Below, piece by piece: positions 32,801 to 46,207 of a stretch of DNA of 64,000 nt (the first letter of the stretch is position 1; each line of letters opens with the position of its first letter). The stretch spans positions 62,001 through 126,000 of the forward strand of contig OZ251227.1 of NCBI GenBank assembly GCA_965240325.2. The letters run 5' to 3'. The DNA comes from Rebecca billardiae RCC1528. Taxonomy: Eukaryota; Protista; Haptophyta. The position numbers and the translations under genes were made by a program. The notes under the pieces were generated by a model, which saw only the letters and a program-made list of their open reading frames with translations, was not told where the DNA came from and searched no databases.

Positions 32801-33641
32801 GCCCGCGCCCGCGGCCAGCTCCGGTGGGGCTGGCCCGGCGCGGGCTGCGCCAGCCGCCGTCGCCGATGGCGGCGCCGGCGCGCCGGTCAACTCCGGTGCC
32901 GCGAGCGGCGGCGGCGACGGCGCTCGCGCCGAGCGAGCCGCCGCGCCTCCAGCGGGCGCGCCGCCCGTTGGCGCGCCGCCGCCGGGCGCGCCGCCGCTGG
33001 CCCCGACGGCCGGCGCCGCCGCGCCCAGCGCGCAGGAGGGCGGCGCGCAGCTCAAGACGCGCCGGCTGCCGGTCAACGTGCCGCCACTCGCGCTCGCGGC
33101 GGCGCAGCGCTCGGCGGCGGCCGCGTCGGCGAGCGCGAGCGCCGGCAGCGGCGCGGCCACGCAGCGCGCGGCCAGCGCGGGCACGAGCAGCGCGGGCGCC
33201 GCGTCCACCCACCCGACCGGCGCGCACACGCACCGAGACGCCCCGCGCGCCGGCGCCGAGAACGGGCCCGCCGGCGCGCCGTCCGTCTTCTCGCGCCTCT
33301 TCGCAAAGTCGGCGCGCGGCCGCGCACGCGCGGGCGCTGGCGGCGGCATGCCCGTGCTGCACGAGAGCAACGGCGGCGGCGGCGGCGGCAGCGGCGGCAG
33401 CACGCTCTCGCGCGCCGCTCGGGTCGCGGACGGCTTCAGCGCGAGCGCCGTGGGCAAGCTCGGCGGAGGGGCGATGCGCCGGCCAACGACGGCGGAGGGC
33501 GGCGGGCGGCCGCGCGCGGCAAGAGCCACCATGCCCGCAGGCGCGCGCCGGCCGCAGACAGCCGCTGTCAAGTCCGCGCAGGCCGTCGGCGCGGGCGCGC
33601 CCGAGCCGAAGCGAGAGCCGCTGCGCGCCAATTGGGCGTGA
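29876..33641 (+). CDS. Kinesin-8 family motor (KIF18/KIF19-like), multi-exon
   Basis: VGVRVRP, YAFDCVF, GYNATVFAYGATGAGKT (P-loop restored by splicing 30261..30403), [51 protein letters not shown]. Further introns near 32107-32278 and 32598-32772. Confidence 0.92.
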
Positions 33642-34209
33642 AGTCACGGTGGCCCGAACACGGCCGGGAGTCGTGGTCGCTCGGGCACGCTCGATGAGGC
33701 AGGCGGCTCGCACGCCAATTGGCGCGGCAGGCTGGCATAAGTGAAGCCCCTGCCCCGGCGCCGCCAGACTCTGCCGGTCAGTGCGGAAAGGGCCGCGCCG
33801 GCCGGACGACGTCAGACGTGCACAGCTGGCACGAATCAGAGACATCCACCACAGTTTCTCCCCCAGCCGCCCTGTCGCCACCTCGTCGTGGGCTGTTAGG
33901 TCATAGCATCAGATGTCGAGCCCGGAGCAGGAGCATCGAGTCCGAGCGGCGAGCCGAGCCGGAGAGGGACGCCAGGCGCGCCATCGCCCATGACGGATGC
34001 GTCAACTCCGTACGCGAGCATTCATTTACAAGTCGCTGAATATCGAGACATTATTGGCCTTGTGGATCCCCTTTGGCCCTGTTCAGCTCTGCCCCTCTCG
34101 CGACCCCCGTGCGTGCCCGCCCGCCGCCTCGGCTCCGGCTTGCGCGCACGCCGCAACCGAAAAGTCATCGCTGGCCGCGCGCCCTCGTCCTCGGCACCCT
34201 CGGCATCAC

Positions 34210-34850
34210 ATGTTGGCCTTCCGCCTTGCGCTCGTCGCGGCGCTCGTCGTTGCTGTTCGGGCGGACGACATGAAGCACGACACCAGCGGCGAGGAGCACG
34301 AGGAGCCCCACGAGATGGACCATCACGCCGAGGACGCGCACTCGGGCGCGCACCCGTCCACCTTCTCCACCAACTACCAGAACGTCGCCGTGCTCTTCGA
34401 CGGCTGGTCGGCCATGTCGCCGATCGAGTACACGCTCACGATTATCGCGATGATCTGCTTCGGCATTGGCGCAGAGTCCGTCGTCGTTGTGCTCCGCCGC
34501 ATCGACGCCCGCCTGGATCTGAGGTGCGCGCGCGATGCGGCGCGTGACGCGGCGCGCGCGGCACGGGCACGCGCCGAGCCCTTCGCCCGCGCCCGCTGCG
34601 CCCGCGCGCTTGGCCGTGCAGCGCGCCCATCCCGTTCGGCACGCGCGTCCTCCGCTCGGTCGTGTACGGCCTGCACACCTCCGCCCACTTCATGCTCATG
34701 CTGGCCGCGATGACGTTTGACGTCGGCATCTTTGTCGCCATCATGGCCGGCTTCACCCTCGGCTACTTCGCCTTCTCGAGCGGCGTGCACGAGCCGAGCA
34801 CGGGGCACGCCGGGCACCACGCGGGCGGGACCAAGCCCGTCGTGCCGTGA
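34210..34850 (+). CDS. CTR: Ctr/COPT copper transporter (intron ~34524-34622)
   Basis: Signal peptide, His/Met-rich ectodomain, VLFDGW, MLAAM (MxxxM) and GFTLG (GxxxG). Confidence 0.88.
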
Positions 34851-36149
34851 GCCCGCGCGCCGCCGACGCCGACGCCATTCGGCGCGGGTGGGGCGCGCGC
34901 TGCGCTCGGCGCTGCGGCCGCGGCACAGCTGGCTGCTCCTTGCCGCGCGCTGCTGCCGCCGCCCTGCTGGGCGGCAGCGGGAGTGCGCGGCGCGGGGCGT
35001 ACCATGCTGCGCCGTGCCCGTACGCGCCTGAGCGCGCGCTGCGCCCACCCTGACGCCGCCGCACACCCGTCCGACTATTGCGCCATTCCAAGCCCCTCTC
35101 TTCTGCACTGCAGCTGGCTGTGCGCCCGCCGCGGCTGGGCCGCCCCCGCCCTGCCGCGAGCGCCGCTGCGCACGCCCGCTGCTTTGCGACACCCGATTAC
35201 GCCATTCCAAGCTCACCCTCCTCATCCAGATCACGAGGACAGGCACGGCCAGCAGCCATCAGGTGCCCATGGCCTGCCCCCTGCGCCAGAGCCAGAGGTT
35301 CGCCGCCTCAGTTTCACTGGGCGGCGAGACTCTGCCCCGGGGCGCAGCCGGGCGTCGGCGCGCGGGCCGCGTCCGAATCGTCCAATCTGACGATGCTGAA
35401 GCTGATGCCGTCGATGATGTCAGACGACGTCTTCGGACGCGTGCGCAAAACGCGTCATCATATGCAATATGCTGCAACACGCGAGCCACGACCGACGCAG
35501 GCTGATTCTGACTTAGACAGGTTGCACGGGAAAGTGACCTTGGTGTTACATTTCGGCCCTTCGGAGCATGGCTGCCCGCCCACGGCGCGCCCTTGCGGGT
35601 GCGGCCGTTGCTGCCGCGCCATGGACGACTCAACGGGTCTTGCGCACGGTTTGGGCCGTGACTACTGACGCACATGTAGCAGACCGAGCCCTCTTCCCGA
35701 GCTCGCCAAGGGCCCGACCGCGTCATTTGAAGAGCAGCCGCCACGAGCGTCATCCGCTCGACTCGGTCGGCACCATGGCGTGCGAGAGGTTGCGACGGCG
35801 CGCAACTCCTCCTCATCGTCAGGAATCAGCCAGCGAGCACCCTGCGGCCGCACCTCGGCGATCTATCACACGCAAGACAGTCTCGACCTTGGGCGAGCCC
35901 TGGCGACCTCCGCCTCGAGCTGGATGCCACACGTAGCAGCCTGAGTCGACGTCGTGCAGAAAGCCACACGCACGCATAGAGCATCAGACAGTGCGCCGCA
36001 CTCTGCCTGCCGGAGTGTACCATCACCGCGCCCGCGCGACCGGGTTGAAGAAGAAGTCGTCAACGACGAGCGAGTCGGCGTCCAGCGGAACGGGCGGTGC
36101 AGCCGGCGCCGCGCTGTGCGAACAGGGTGGAAGCCGACCGCTGCCGCGC

Positions 36150-37000
36150 GCGACGTGAGCCAAGCTGGCGGCGGGTGCACGCCAGTCAGCTGCAGATGAT
36201 GCGGCAACGAGGCGCGCTACCGCCTACTCCACCTCGCGCGACTTAGTCTTGCTGCCGTGATCACACACGCGCGCGATCAATGACATACTCAACGTCGAGT
36301 GCCTAGTGCTGTCTCCAAAGGTGCCTTCCCCCTCGCTCAGGGCGTGCCTGTCAGCGTGGTCGAGCGCCGCGCTCGTCGCCTCGGCCTGCTGAGCGTCAGC
36401 GAGGCGCTTGTCAAGGATCGCCTGCTTGCTGCGTCACGGCGCGCGAGCGCACCACGCACGCGCACGACCTAATGTGTGCGTTTCCGATACTTCTTTCCGG
36501 CGGCAAAGGCCGACTGCCCAGCGTTCGCCTGCTTGTCTGAGGACCCCGCGCCAGACGCCTTCACGGCCGGAGCAGCGGCCCGAGCTGCAACAACAGAGGC
36601 CGCGCGAGCCGTAGCAAGCTTCGCTCTCGCGCGCTGGACGCGTTTGGCGAGCATCGTCTTCTGCTTCCTTAGCGCGCTCCGGTTGCCCGCCTTCTTCTAC
36701 GAAGGCCTCGTGAGGCGAGCTTCACAAGCACTCGCGCGTGTGGTCAGAGCCACCTGAGCGCGTGCGCACGCTTGCGCGCTCGTGCGTGCGGTATGAGCAG
36801 TGCAGCAGGAGACCAGCACACGTTCGTGCAAGGGTGCACGCGCATACCACAACCGGCGCATCCTGCTCGTTCGCGACGGCAGCCTCCTTGAAGGCTCTAC
36901 CTACCACCTTTATCCAGGTCACCTTGTGCTTCTTCCCCGGATGCGCTTTGGCTTCGCGCCACTGCCGACGCGGGAGTGAGAGGAACTGGGCACCAGACTG
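36150..37000 (-). pseudogene. Decayed coding relic, possibly transposase-like with C-terminal chromodomain
   Basis: Broken frames give KKHKVTWIKVVGRAFKEA ... LDVEYVID...SREVE*AV...W.AP..SL, with many stops and frameshifts. Confidence 0.25.
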
Positions 37001-37753
37001 TGGTACCGATTGCGCGCGAACGGGGAGGCGGGCCGTGGCGGCGAAGGTCGGAAACGGACGACCTTCGTGTGCTCCTCCGTTTCCAAGCACTCGCGCCACG
37101 CGCCGGCCGCCATGGGACGGGCGCGATGTACCGAAAGACGGGTGGACAGGTCGCGTCCACTGTGAATGTAACATCTGTCAGTCGCGAGCGGTCATTTTTC
37201 CGTGCAACCTGTCCTTAGACCGTCTAAATGAATAATGATTATTTAGTGAGCTCATCACTCATCAGAAACTGATGTCAGACATCGACTCTGTGAGATAGAC
37301 CGTGACGCGTGAGACGGCACGACTGAGACGAGGTTCTCGGACTCACGGAGTCGCCCAGACGGTCAGTCTCGGGAGTCGGGTCACGCCGTCACGCCCACGG
37401 CCCTCGAGGGTCACACGGCGACCTGCCACCGCACTCCGGCACTCCGCACTCGCAGTGCCCGAGTGACTCGAGGCTCGGGACTGCCGGACTGGGTCGCCGT
37501 GAGGCCCCGGCCTCGCGCAAGGGGCCGTCATGCCGCCATGATGGTGACCGCCATGCCGCCTGACCGGACGACACGCGCGCGCAGAGATGTGGAGGCGTGC
37601 TGCTGAAGTGCGCCCGCGCCATGAGCGGCCGGCAGGTATCGCCGCCGGCCGATGCGTCCGCGCGGCTGGGCGTGGTGCCGCGCGTGCGGTGGAGACAAGC
37701 ACCGCCCGCGTGCGCCCCGCGGCATGCCGGGCGGCGCAGGCCGAGCGGGCCGC

Positions 37754-38867
37754 TCAGGCCGCCTTGTCGGCCGCCTTGGCCGCCGCGCCGGCGCCCAGCG
37801 AGGCCGCTGCGTTGGCGACGCGGTTGTTGAAGATCACGCCGAGCGCGACCTTCTTGAGCTTGCGGTGCGCGTTGTACTTCCTGAGCGAGGCGATCGCGTC
37901 CTTGAGCTCGTCCTCCTTGGCCGAGCCCTTCACCCACGCGTGGTCGAGCACGTCCGTGGCGGTGAAGCGCTCCTTGGGGTTGACGACGAGCAGCTTCTGC
38001 ACGAGGTCCTTGGCGTCCGCGGAGATGTTGTCCCACCAGGGGGAGGGGAAGTCGTACCGCCCGGCCATGATGGTCGCGAATAGTCTGGGCAGCTCTTCCT
38101 CGTAGAAGGGCGGGAAGCCGCAGAGCAGGATGTACAGGATCACGCCCACCGACCACATGTCCACCTGGCGCGCGCGCGAGGGGCGGGGCGCGCGACGGCG
38201 CCGGGCGTGAGCAGAGGCGTGCGGCGCGCCGCGCGCGACGACGCGTGGGGCGGCGCGGCGGGCGCAGCCGAGCACGGGGCGCGTCGCGCACCTCGACGCC
38301 GAAGCCCGCGTTCTGCAAGATCTCGGGCGCGACGTAGCCCGGCGTGCCGCACGCCGTCTGCATGATGGCGTTCTCGGACACGACCTTGGCGAGCCCAAAG
38401 TCGGCCAGCTTGATCGGCGCGTCCTTGGCGGGCGACGCGTACAGGATGTTCTCCGGCTTGAGGTCGCGGTGGCAGATGTTGTGCTTGTGCATGTACTCGA
38501 GGGCGGAGCAGATCTGGGTGATGCACTGCGCCGCGTCCCTCTCGGTGTACGAGCCGCGCTCGACGATCCTGTCGAACAGCTCACCGCCAGTGACGAGCTC
38601 CATGATCAGGTTGATCTTCTTCGGCTCGTCAAAGACCTCGAAGAGCTTGACGACGTGCTCGTGGTCGATCTGGTTCATGATCTGGATCTCCTCGTTGATC
38701 GTGTCCATAGTCCCCGCCTTCGCCTTGTCGATGATCTTCACCGCGCACTTCTGGCCGTCGCTCTTGCGCGTGCACTCCTTCACCTCGGCAAAGTTGCCGT
38801 CGCCCAGATGGCGCCCGATCTCATAGCCCTTGCTGAGGGTGCTCTTCTTGAAGAAATCGAGCACCAT
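37754..38867 (-). CDS. Ca2+/calmodulin-dependent protein kinase I-like, copy A (intron 38165..38291)
   Basis: LGDGNFAEV, AVKII, HRDLKPEN, DFG, CGTPGYVAPE, DMWSVG and CaM-binding tail LRKYNAHRKLKKVALGV. Confidence 0.93.
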
Positions 38868-39204
38868 ACCCGCCGCGCGCGCGTGCTCGCCGCTCGAGCG
38901 CTACTGCTCCGCTTGCCGTTGGTGCCCGCGCGCTGGCCGCCGCGGCTCGAGGGCCCCGCTTTGAGTGTGGGGGCGAGGCTGCTCTGTGGCCACTGCTTCG
39001 ACGCAGCTTCGACGTGAGCCGTCGTCGCCCAGTCCTGCCAAAACGCAAGGGGCGCCCGAGCACGCACCGGCGCCGCGGTGTGCTCCCCAGACACTGACGA
39101 GTCATTGAGCCTACATCCACATAGGCACTCGGACAGTCAGGTGGCCTGCGCCGCTATGTCGCTGCAGATCAGTGGCTCAGGTGAGAGTCCTTCGGAAGTA
39201 ACGA

Positions 39205-40278
39205 CTACGCGATCGGAGGCCACTCGAGCGACTTCGTGTCTGGCGAGGCAGATCGCGCCAGTGCGTGGCGAGGCAGACGCTCGCCTGCCTCGCCGCTTGG
39301 CGAGGCAGCTAAGCTAGTAAAGCCGCGGCCGAACTTTACGAAAGCCAAATGTCTGCCGGTGCGCCGCCCGTCTTTTGCGCACGGTGACAAGGGCGCGCGA
39401 GGGCGCTTCCTCACGATCCCGAAGAGCGCTGCGCGCGGCGTAGCGTTGGCGGCGGCAGCGGCGCTGGGGTGTATCTTGCCCATTCTGCGTGGCGGCGTGC
39501 TCTCATGACGCCTCGGCCGCCGCCACGCCATGCGCGACCGGGCGTGTCGCCTTCTTGACGGGCAGTGCACACGCCCTTGCAAGCGCACAGCCGTGAAGAG
39601 CCGAGAGCGTCCGTCGCGAGCACGCCGCCCACGCGGGATGCGTTGCCAGGGCTATTCGTATGACACTGGGTGCTCGCGCTCTGGCATGTGCGAGCCAGGA
39701 TGACCATGGGTAGCAGCTACGATGAGCACTGCTAACCTGCATTTCAGCCGATGACATCCTCTCGTTCAGCGATCTTGACTGCTCTGAACGCATGGCGAAC
39801 TCGGCGAAGCGCATGCGCAAGGTGGCTTCGGTGACAGCATAACGCATCCCGCGTGGGCGGCGTGCTCGCGACGGACGCTCTCGGCTCTTCACGGCTGTGC
39901 GCTTGCAAGGGCGTGTGCACTGCCCGTCAAGAAGGCGACACGCCCGGTCGCGCATGGCGTGGCGGCGGCCGAGGCGTCATGAGAGCGCGCCGCCACGCAG
40001 AATGGGCAAGATACACCCCAGCGCCGCTGCCGCCGCCAACGCGACGCCGCGCGCAGCGCTCTTCGGGATCGTGAGGAAGCGCCCTCGCGCGCCCTTGTCA
40101 CCGTGCGCAAAAGACGGGCGGCGCACCGGCAGACATTTGGCTTTCGTAAAGTTCGGCCGCGGCTTTACTAGCTTAGCTGCCTCGCCAAGCGGCGAGGCAG
40201 GCGAGCGTCTGCCTCGCCACGCACTGGCGCGATCTGCCTCGCCAGACACGAAGTCGCTCGAGCGGCCTCGATCGGTAG
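39205..40278. mobile_element. Fold-back element: ~435-bp near-identical inverted arms around a 196-bp spacer
   Basis: 39205..39644 is mirrored by 39841..40278 with few mismatches. Outer ends are ragged and no TSD was found. Confidence 0.85.
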
Positions 40279-40596
40279 ATGCCCGAGATTGAAGCACGTG
40301 AGGCACCTTTGCGGACCCGGGTAAGGTTTTGCTAGCTCGCCACTCGCCAGTACTCGGATTCCGAGCACCCGGCATAGGCAGGTGGGTAGGTTGATGGTGG
40401 ACATGGCCGCGCTTTCATCAGCGACTCAATTATAAGCTCGCGAGCGCCCAAAAAAGCTGCTGACGAAAGCGTGCTGCCTTGCTCGCTCAGCAAGCAGGTG
40501 GGTGCGCAGCAGGGCTGCGCCGCCACCTTTCGAGCCTCGTCGGGGCACCTCGCCAGAGTCGGCAGCGCGCGCGGACGCGTGATCGGTGGGGGCGCG

Positions 40597-40990
40597 ATGC
40601 TGGGAAAGCTCTTTGGTGGCAAATCCGGCCTGACAAAGGACTACGACATCGGCAAGCACCTGGGCTCGGGCAACTTTGCCGAGGTGAAGGAGGCGACGCG
40701 CAAGAGCGACGGGCTCAAGTGCGCCGTCAAGATCATCGACAAGGCGAAGGTGGGCGACATGCAGGACGCGGTGCAGACTGAGGTCGACATCATGAGAGCC
40801 ATCGACCACCCCAACATCATCAAGCTCCTCGGCGTGTACGACGAGAAGAAGAAGATGAACCTGGTGATGGAGCTGGTGACGGGCGGCGAGCTGTTCGACA
40901 GGATCGTCGAGCGCGGGAACTACACGGAGGCGGATGCGGCGAAGCTGATCGGGGACCTGTGCACAGCGCTGCAGTATCTGCACGCCAAGA

Positions 40991-41022
<32 letters not shown>

Positions 41023-41698
41023 CTGCTGTACGCAAACCGCAGCGAGGGCGCGCCGATCAAGCTCGCAGACTTCGGGCTCGCCAAGCTGGTCGGCGGCGCG
41101 GTGGTGATGCAGACAGCGTGCGGCACACCGGGCTACGTGGCGCCAGAGATCCTGGCGAACAAGGGCTACGGGCTCGAGGTGCGCGGCCCGCCGCGCCCGT
41201 GGCGTGCGCGGCCCGCCCCACTCCGCTCACAGCGCCGGCCCGCGTGCGCGCCGTCGCGCGCCCCGCCCCTCGCGCGCGCGCCAGGTGGACATGTGGTCGG
41301 TGGGCGTGATCCTGTACATCCTGCTCTGCGGCTTCCCGCCCTTCTACGAGGACGAGCTGCCGCAGCTGTTTAAGCAGATCATGAGCGGACGCTTCGACTT
41401 CCCCTCCCCCTGGTGGGACAACATCTCGAACGAGGCCAAGGGGCTGGTGAGCGGGCTGCTCGTCGTCGACCCGAAGAAGCGGCTGACGGCCGATCAGGTG
41501 CTCAAGAACAAGTGGATCCAGGGGCACGCGCCCAAGGTGCACCTGAACAACACGGTGGACGCGATGAAGAAGTACAACGCGCGGCGCAAGCTGAAGAAGG
41601 CGGCGAACGGCATCATCGCCAAGAACCGCGTGGCGAAGATGATCGAGCTCGCGCAGGAGGCGGACAAGCAGGTCGGCAAGAAGGGCGGCAAGAAGTGA
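40597..41698 (+). CDS. Ca2+/calmodulin-dependent protein kinase I-like, copy B (intron 41179..41284)
   Basis: Same kinase motifs and intron position as copy A; tail MKKYNARRKLKKAANGII. Confidence 0.93.
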
Positions 41699-42872
41699 GC
41701 GCCGAGCACGCTCGCGCGCACGCGCCAGCTGGGCACGGCGGCGGGCCAGGCTGGACGACATATGTGGCTGCGCTACCCATCGTCTGCCCGCAGCACGCTG
41801 GCAGCCGGGGATACCACGGAAGCCGAACTGGCCGCGCCGCTCGGTCCGGAGCCGCGCGCGCACCGCCATCATCGCACTGCCACGCAGCCATCCGGCCCAT
41901 CCGCATCCGACGAATCATGTCCGCGCGTGACACACGATCGGCCTCCTCGGCTTCATTCGGCATCTCAACCCAGCAGCTTCCACGCCGGCAATTCAGTCCG
42001 TCCGGATCGCGCTCCGGGCCCGCCGGCCGGCGCCGGCGGACCGCCCGGGGTCGGGCCGTGCGCCGGCGCTGGCTGGCGCGGCACTGAGTGACTGGCGCCG
42101 GCGGCCCGCCGGCGGGTCAGCCCCCGGGGGGGGGGGGCTGACCGGGGCCTCTGAAAATCACGCAGGGCCCGGGGCACCTTGGTAATAAGCTGGTAGCGTC
42201 TACTATACCGGTATAATATATATATATAATATATATATATAATATTGCAGCCTGCCGCGGCCGCCATCGAACAATGACCCCGGCCTTCGCGGCCCTTACT
42301 AGTTACTGGCCTTAGGTTACGCCTAAGTTACGGGAGTTAGGAAGCACTGCTACTGATGGGGTGGATTTGCATTTGGCGCACTTACCTTTTTGTCCGCGCT
42401 GATGCCGCTGCCCATGATGTAAGCTAACCTCGGCAACTACGCGCTTCGCGGTGGTCGAGCTAGACCTAATAAGGCTAAGCGGAGCTTATGGAGCTCGGGT
42501 GCAGAAACAAACCGCGTCTCGATATCTGCTCCTGCTCGTCGGTAGTTATGGCCGAAAACGTGGTGCCTGGTCATATATTTTTCATTTTTGGGCGCCCGCC
42601 TGTTCCCCAGTCGTGGTTTCACTGTGAAATGGCGGAGGTCATATCTCACTAACCACGCGGACCGTAGCAAGCTCGGGATGGTTTTGCCTCGTTCCTAGGC
42701 GAGCTTAGAAGACGAAGCACAAACCGAAGTTTGAGCGCCGCGTAGCGTTATCTACTTGCGCTCGATCGCTGCGGGCAAGAAGGTGCTCTGGGAGAGACAG
42801 GTGTGCCAATAAGTGCAAATTATCTACCGGAGGATACATATCACTATAGTTAAGAGTACATGATGTATCAGC

Positions 42873-43088
<216 letters not shown>

Positions 43089-43729
43089 TCCTGCATGAAG
43101 AGCGACGCGACGCCATTGAGTATGGACGAACATCACCCACAGTCTGCGTGATGTGCATGCGAGGGCAGGTATCTGCAGCATATATGCGAGCGCATGCAGC
43201 AAATGCCGATACACACCATGCCGAAATGGTGATGTATAAATATATACTTGCGCGTGGTGGGGATTTGCAACGAGCACAAGCAAAGAACGCAGAGGAGATG
43301 GCGGGACCTCGGGCTTTGCAGATGCGCAGGCCGAAGCAGGGGCTGCCGAGAGATGAGCAGCTCGGCCCGAAAGGTCGTGTAACCGATGGCGATGATCGAA
43401 CGAGCTCTGCTAGGTGGGCTGCTTGATATGAACTTTGGTAAGTTGCCACGCCGACTTAAGATGACCTTGGATATGATCTCGAGCGCCGGATAGTGGAGAG
43501 GAGCGGGTACTTACAGAGGAGCCAGTGTGGTTGGCCGATATGAAAGGACCAGCGCCCGCCATGATGATGATAAAGGATAGCTCCGTGGCCGATGAGCTCC
43601 GGAAATCGACTGCAACTACCTGCAGGACCTAGAAGACGATGGCGGCCCTTGTCCACCAGCTGCGCGTTGCCTTTCCAGCCTCCCGACACACTCGGTTATA
43701 ACTCCGTTATAACGCCACATATATTATAT

Positions 43730-44030
43730 CAGCCGCAGCTGCCGCTTGCCGGAGCTGCTCGCCGCTAGGTCGGCGGGCGGCGACATCGACTACGACCTCA
43801 CCCTCATCCAAGTGCTCCGGAAGGCGCTCGGCCGCGGCGGCATCTAGTGCCGTCGCCGCCGCGTGCCCCAGGCCGAGGCGGTGCTCCATCCCGGCCCCGC
43901 TCCCGTAGGCGGTCAGGGCTGCGGTTGGCTCGCTGTCTGACCTGGTCGGAAGGCGCGGACGCATTCTATGTGTCTGCTGCACTCTGAGCCTGATGACGCT
44001 TGCCCGTTGCATACCACGTCGTTGTTAAAT
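43730..44030 (+). repeat. Dispersed ~300-bp repeat, copy 1 (TA-flanked)
   Basis: Aligns with 46374..46671; both copies end in GTTAAAT shortly before a TA tract. Confidence 0.85.
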
Positions 44031-44522
44031 CAGTTAACTATATATGTATATATATACACACACATATATATATATATATATATATTATCACTCGCGTCGA
44101 TCCGGATCGTCATTCATATATATGCTGCGATGCGGCACGGCTGGCGCGCGCCGCCGTCCGGCAGCATGAGCAGGCACGAGGCACCGCCGCACAACCGCGG
44201 CGGCCGGCGCGGTGCACGGCCACGCATGGTGAGTTCATTCATGGTCGTCCGTCGCCCGCCGACAGGGAGTCCGTCGGTCGGAGAGTCGGACCCGCCGGCC
44301 GACCCGCGGCGCCCGCCGGCACCGTGCCCGTGGCATAAGACCGGCGGAGTCGCTCCGCCGGTCCGATCGGACGGTCATCGCGTCACCGCGTTATTATATT
44401 ATATTATATATATATATTATTCACGCGAGCTCGCTATATATATATATATATATGTGTGTGTGTATATATGCCTATATATATATTTTATAACGAGGTATAT
44501 ATATATATATATATAGATAATG

Positions 44523-46207
44523 TCAGCTGTATTGCCGTTTTGGAAAGTGTGGTCAGGTGTATTGCCAAACGCACGTTTTGACTACCGTGGTCAGTTGTAT
44601 TGCCGTTTTCCATGTTTGGGAATCACGTGTCAATCTTGTTGCCAACGTCGAATACTTGTGTCAGGTGTATTGCCGTGGATGATGGCCCAATACTTTGTCC
44701 AGCTGTATTGCCGTCGCGTAGTGTGGGTCAGTTGTGTTGCCGTTTGCGCATCTTTGATTCAGGTTTGTTGCCGCGATCGCCCACGCGCTGATGATGGCGC
44801 TGGCGCCCACGCGCCGCCGGCGTGCGCGGCGTGCCCTTGAGCAGGCCTAGCTGATCCCAGGCCAGAAGAGTGACGTTCAACGACGACGATCTCTGCCGGG
44901 GTAGCGCCGTGTTCCTCGACATCATCAAGCCGAACGACGACCTGAACTGTGGACCGGAATCTGCACAAACGCTGCCGCATGCGCGCGCAGTGCAACACGC
45001 GCGTGCACCTCGGGCTACTCGCCGTCTACGCGGAGACGGGCGAGAATCCGTCGCGACTTCTATCGAATCGGCGTTGCTCCGTGCTCACTTCGACTCCGGG
45101 ACCGTCAAGCGCGCAGTCGATGACATTGCGACGGCAGCGCATGCAGGTGCATGCGTGAAGCAGGGTGAGCGTGTGTTGCTGCGCCCCGATTCGCGGGAGT
45201 CGAACGTGCACGACGGGCGTGTGCTCTTCAACGGCCTCAAGGAGCTTGACCAACGCGACGCGCGTCCCCCTCACTCCCTGCCATCGACTGTCATTCACAC
45301 CGTGGCGATCAACCAACGCGCGTCGCTCTCGCTCGTGCAACACTGCTGGCGCGTGCCTTTTTGCGATTGTCATCACTCCAATAGCAGACTGCCCTGTGGC
45401 CAACCGTGTGCAGGTGGCTGACCGTGCGCCAGTCGCACTCGTCAACGCAGGCTGATTGGCCCGTGGAGGAGGAAGTCCAAGGCGTACTGCCAGCTGGGAC
45501 ACAACGCACCGACCGGCGAGCGTTGCGCCGCGCGCGCCTCGACGAGCCAGCAAGCAGGAGGGGCAGGCGACGCTTCCTGCTGCTGCTGGAACCCGAGTGG
45601 CAGGCTTGGCGAGCGCGGTCGCAGCTTGAGGCGGCGCGTGCAGCGGCATGGGACGCGATGCGGCTCACGTGGCCGCTGAAGTAGCAGCAGTCCCGATGGC
45701 GCTGGCGGCCGGCCGCCGGCGGGCGGCAAGCGCGACGGCGACGGGAAGCGCCGACTGCTACTGGAAGTCAAGATGAGCTACGCAGGCCGCATGATGATGG
45801 CATGTCGGTTGGTTGCAGTCGCGTATCCTGCATGCCGCGCGCAGGCAGTCGCAGCTCCGCACGCACGCGCACACGGGCTGCGCGAGTCTCTTGTCTGCTG
45901 AGTGCGAGTCGTGCCCCAGCCACCAGCTGCTGGCGGCAATACAACTGACACATAGTTATGGAAAGGGCAATATTTCTGAGCAGACTATGTTCAAACTCGA
46001 AAACGGCAATATTCGTGAACCAAGTAGTGTGAAAGGGTCATTGGTTTGAAACCAGTATTTGAGGGGCAATATTGTTGACACACTATCCAAAAGCGGCAAT
46101 ATTCTTGACCCATACTACTAAAAACGGCAATACAACTGACCACGGTAGTCATAACGTGCTTTTGGCAATACAACTGACCACACTATCCAAAGCGGCAATA
46201 CAACTGA
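44523..46207. mobile_element. 1,685-bp TIR element with 3-bp TSD (ATG) and sub-terminal repeat arrays
   Basis: ATG|TCAGCTGTATTGCC ... GGCAATACAACTGA|ATG. Imperfect TIRs of ~88 bp; 7 left and 8 right copies of the 15-bp motif GTCAGNTGTATTGCC. Confidence 0.85.

Noticed and set aside
39092-39140. Hammerhead ribozyme suggested by CTGACGAG
   Set aside because: No GAAA core strand follows stem II; it is only a simple hairpin.
44522-44741. CRISPR array
   Set aside because: The repeats are only 15 bp with short irregular spacers. The array is mirrored at the other end of a TSD-flanked element, there are no cas genes, and the context is eukaryotic.
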